DNA from: Tubiluchus corallicola
Taxonomy: Eukaryota; Animalia; Priapulida
Length of the DNA stretch: 64,000 nt
Assembly: GCA_030141605.1 (NCBI GenBank)
Contig: JAQGDQ010000126.1
Span: 310,001 to 374,000, forward strand
Reading direction: 5' to 3'
Shown: positions 61,746 to 64,000 of the stretch, piece after piece
Layout of the letters: every line of letters begins with the position of its first letter
Position numbering within the stretch: the stretch's first letter is position 1
Notes under the pieces: generated by a model
The model's database searches: none
What the model saw: the letters and a program-made list of their open reading frames with translations, nothing else
What the model was told of the DNA's origin: nothing
Translations under genes and position numbers: made by a program

Positions 61746-64000
61746 TTTAGGAAGTCTTTTATACACGAGATAGGTGCCAGCTTCTTCATAAGCTCACAAG
61801 AAAACCATGTTAAAATAAAAAGCAGTAGACTACAGAATTAAAAGCCTAGTGTCTGAAGATGTTACGGTTATCAATATCAACTATGCAATCTATAGTTGGT
61901 GTCCAATATCTCTATATGACCAAGAACTTACAAATAATTCGTACTTATATTAGTACAACACATTATGCCTTTGCCTACGGACAAAACAGACCTAAAAGTA
62001 ATTTTACGGCGATAATACTACTATAGTCACTCATAGATCATAACGTGTTCCTGAAAGACCATTATAATCTAAATTAGACCTGATTCCCTATTCAGTATTT
62101 TATGGTAATATGAATGTCTGGTAATCACAACAGCCATGTTGGCCTACTTAAGCTCATCATAATTATACAGAAACACATGTTCCCAGTAATGAATGCTATA
62201 CCTTGTATTGTATTAGACAGGTAAAATCTCATAGTTAGATTTATATTCTATAATAATTGCATGCACTTTCTGATAGAATGATTCTTCTGGGCATTTCTGC
62301 TGCATGCTTACTATAATGAGACATCTGAGAGCCACAAACATGACTCGTTCTTAGAAATTCTAAGTAAAATCTGCTTTCCTATCCCACTCAGGCATTCATC
62401 AGCCTAGATGCTGATCTTTTACAGACTGATTAAAGTATTCAACAAGGAGAACGGTTTGCTTTAGTTCCGGCTTTCCACAATTTAACCAATTTTATGTAAT
62501 ATATATTTAAAATTTTGCCATTACTTTCAACGTTGATAATGCCTGCTTGGAAATATAATAGCAAAAAAACTTACCTCGCAAGATTATTGTGATGACCCTG
62601 ATCATGTACTTCCTATAGGGGAACCAAGGGCATGCTGCTTTAGTTTTACGTCTCAAAACGGAAGGGACCTAGTGTCATAGCCACTAATTGTGTGGATGTA
62701 GATTGGCCTAACTTCAAAAATGTTAAAAATATAGGGGACTAGGGTCTATTTGGCCCATTTACACTCTATACAATTTAATCATCATCAAATTCCATAATGA
62801 TTCACAACAATTTAAGTAAAAAGCTCAATAATGCCAAAATAACCATATTAACAAAGCTTGGGGTTAGTATAAACGTTTGCATAAACCTAAACGTGTTTTT
62901 AGGAACACGTTTCCTTTAAAGCGAACAGTTTGTAGAACGGTAAAATCTCTGCGTCTGAATTCAGTTGTCTCCAAAAATTACCAATTAGTCTTTACCCAGC
63001 TAGTAGAATCCAAGAAGAACACTAAGCTAGTATACGTGATGTTTACGTTATCATTGCGACATTAGTTACGATCGTAAGGAATGCAAAAAGTACCTGTTAC
63101 CACTATAATGGATGTGTTTCTGTAGTAGGTCGATCTCTGTCAGTCAGTAAGTAACTCAACTACTGCAGACTGCAAACCAGCGTCTCTGAAAAAACTGTTG
63201 ACGACCACAGGTTACACCAGTTAGACTTTCAGTGCATCACATGTACATTACACAAGATTTCTTGTGTGAAGCTTTTTATTACGGCCTTTCTCTTTGGATA
63301 ATATAACCTCACAGATTCGCAAAAAAGACCTGTTTCGTACTGTGTCAATTTGCCGTCTACATCCGAGCAATGTTAAACGAAGTTCACCGAGAAGCCTCTC
63401 GGTTAAACAGCAATAATTTTATTCACCTATATATATTTATATATTGGCGTTAGCCTTGACTTAGAGCATCGTAGTCATAGACGCGATCGGGCAGATAAGT
63501 GTAGGTCAGACGAAATGATTCAAAAGGGGGGTTTGTTAGTAGGTATCTACATCCCATCAAAATATGAATAATTGATCTATCACTGCCAGTAGCTAAGTAT
63601 CATACATATCAATTAAACATACAAGTTATTATTTCAATGTAAATGAAATCTTAAGATTGCATAAGTATAATGTGAGAACTACTAAATATAGGGCGAGACT
63701 TGACAATTGTATATTAAAGGCTAAAAACGCGCATGCAGAAACTACGGTGACTTGAAATCTGAAAAATGCTAACGATCCAGTAGGTTTGTTTGACGCCAAT
63801 GGTTGTAGAATGTGCATTGCGCACGACTTTACACACTATCATATTTTATTGGTTTTATATACCAATTAACTGCTTCAAATTTCGCACATCTAAGATTCGT
63901 CACCAAATAAACCACACTAGCTATCGCCGCACACTTTTGATGCATTGCGTACACCCTAAGTGGCCTTACAGTACGCACGTAGCCGTGCAAAGCGTTTATA

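Overview
AT-rich invertebrate animal (bilaterian) genomic DNA with GT-AG introns, microsatellites and many transposon remnants; no prokaryotic features. Four host genes lie on the + strand. (1) 3319-13299: a 9-exon gene that splices by hand into one 679-aa ORF joining an N-terminal pentraxin domain directly to a complete ionotropic glutamate receptor core (S1-M1-pore-M3-S2-M4). It has no LIVBP-like amino-terminal domain and a degenerate SYTANLAAF gate, and is the main candidate novelty. (2) 19409-21016: a single-coding-exon biogenic amine GPCR, most like alpha-type octopamine receptors. (3) 33164-34873: an intronless COLGALT/GT25-like collagen galactosyltransferase lacking an ER-retention tail. 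(4) 58612-58927: the first coding exon of a peptide GPCR of the ETH/TRH/ghrelin receptor type. The rest holds LINE remnants, a ~2.75-kb x 3.1 tandem array carrying part of LINE ORF1, MITEs, a piggyBac-like element, a SINE, fold-backs and dispersed repeats. All family assignments are by motif recognition; no database search was run.
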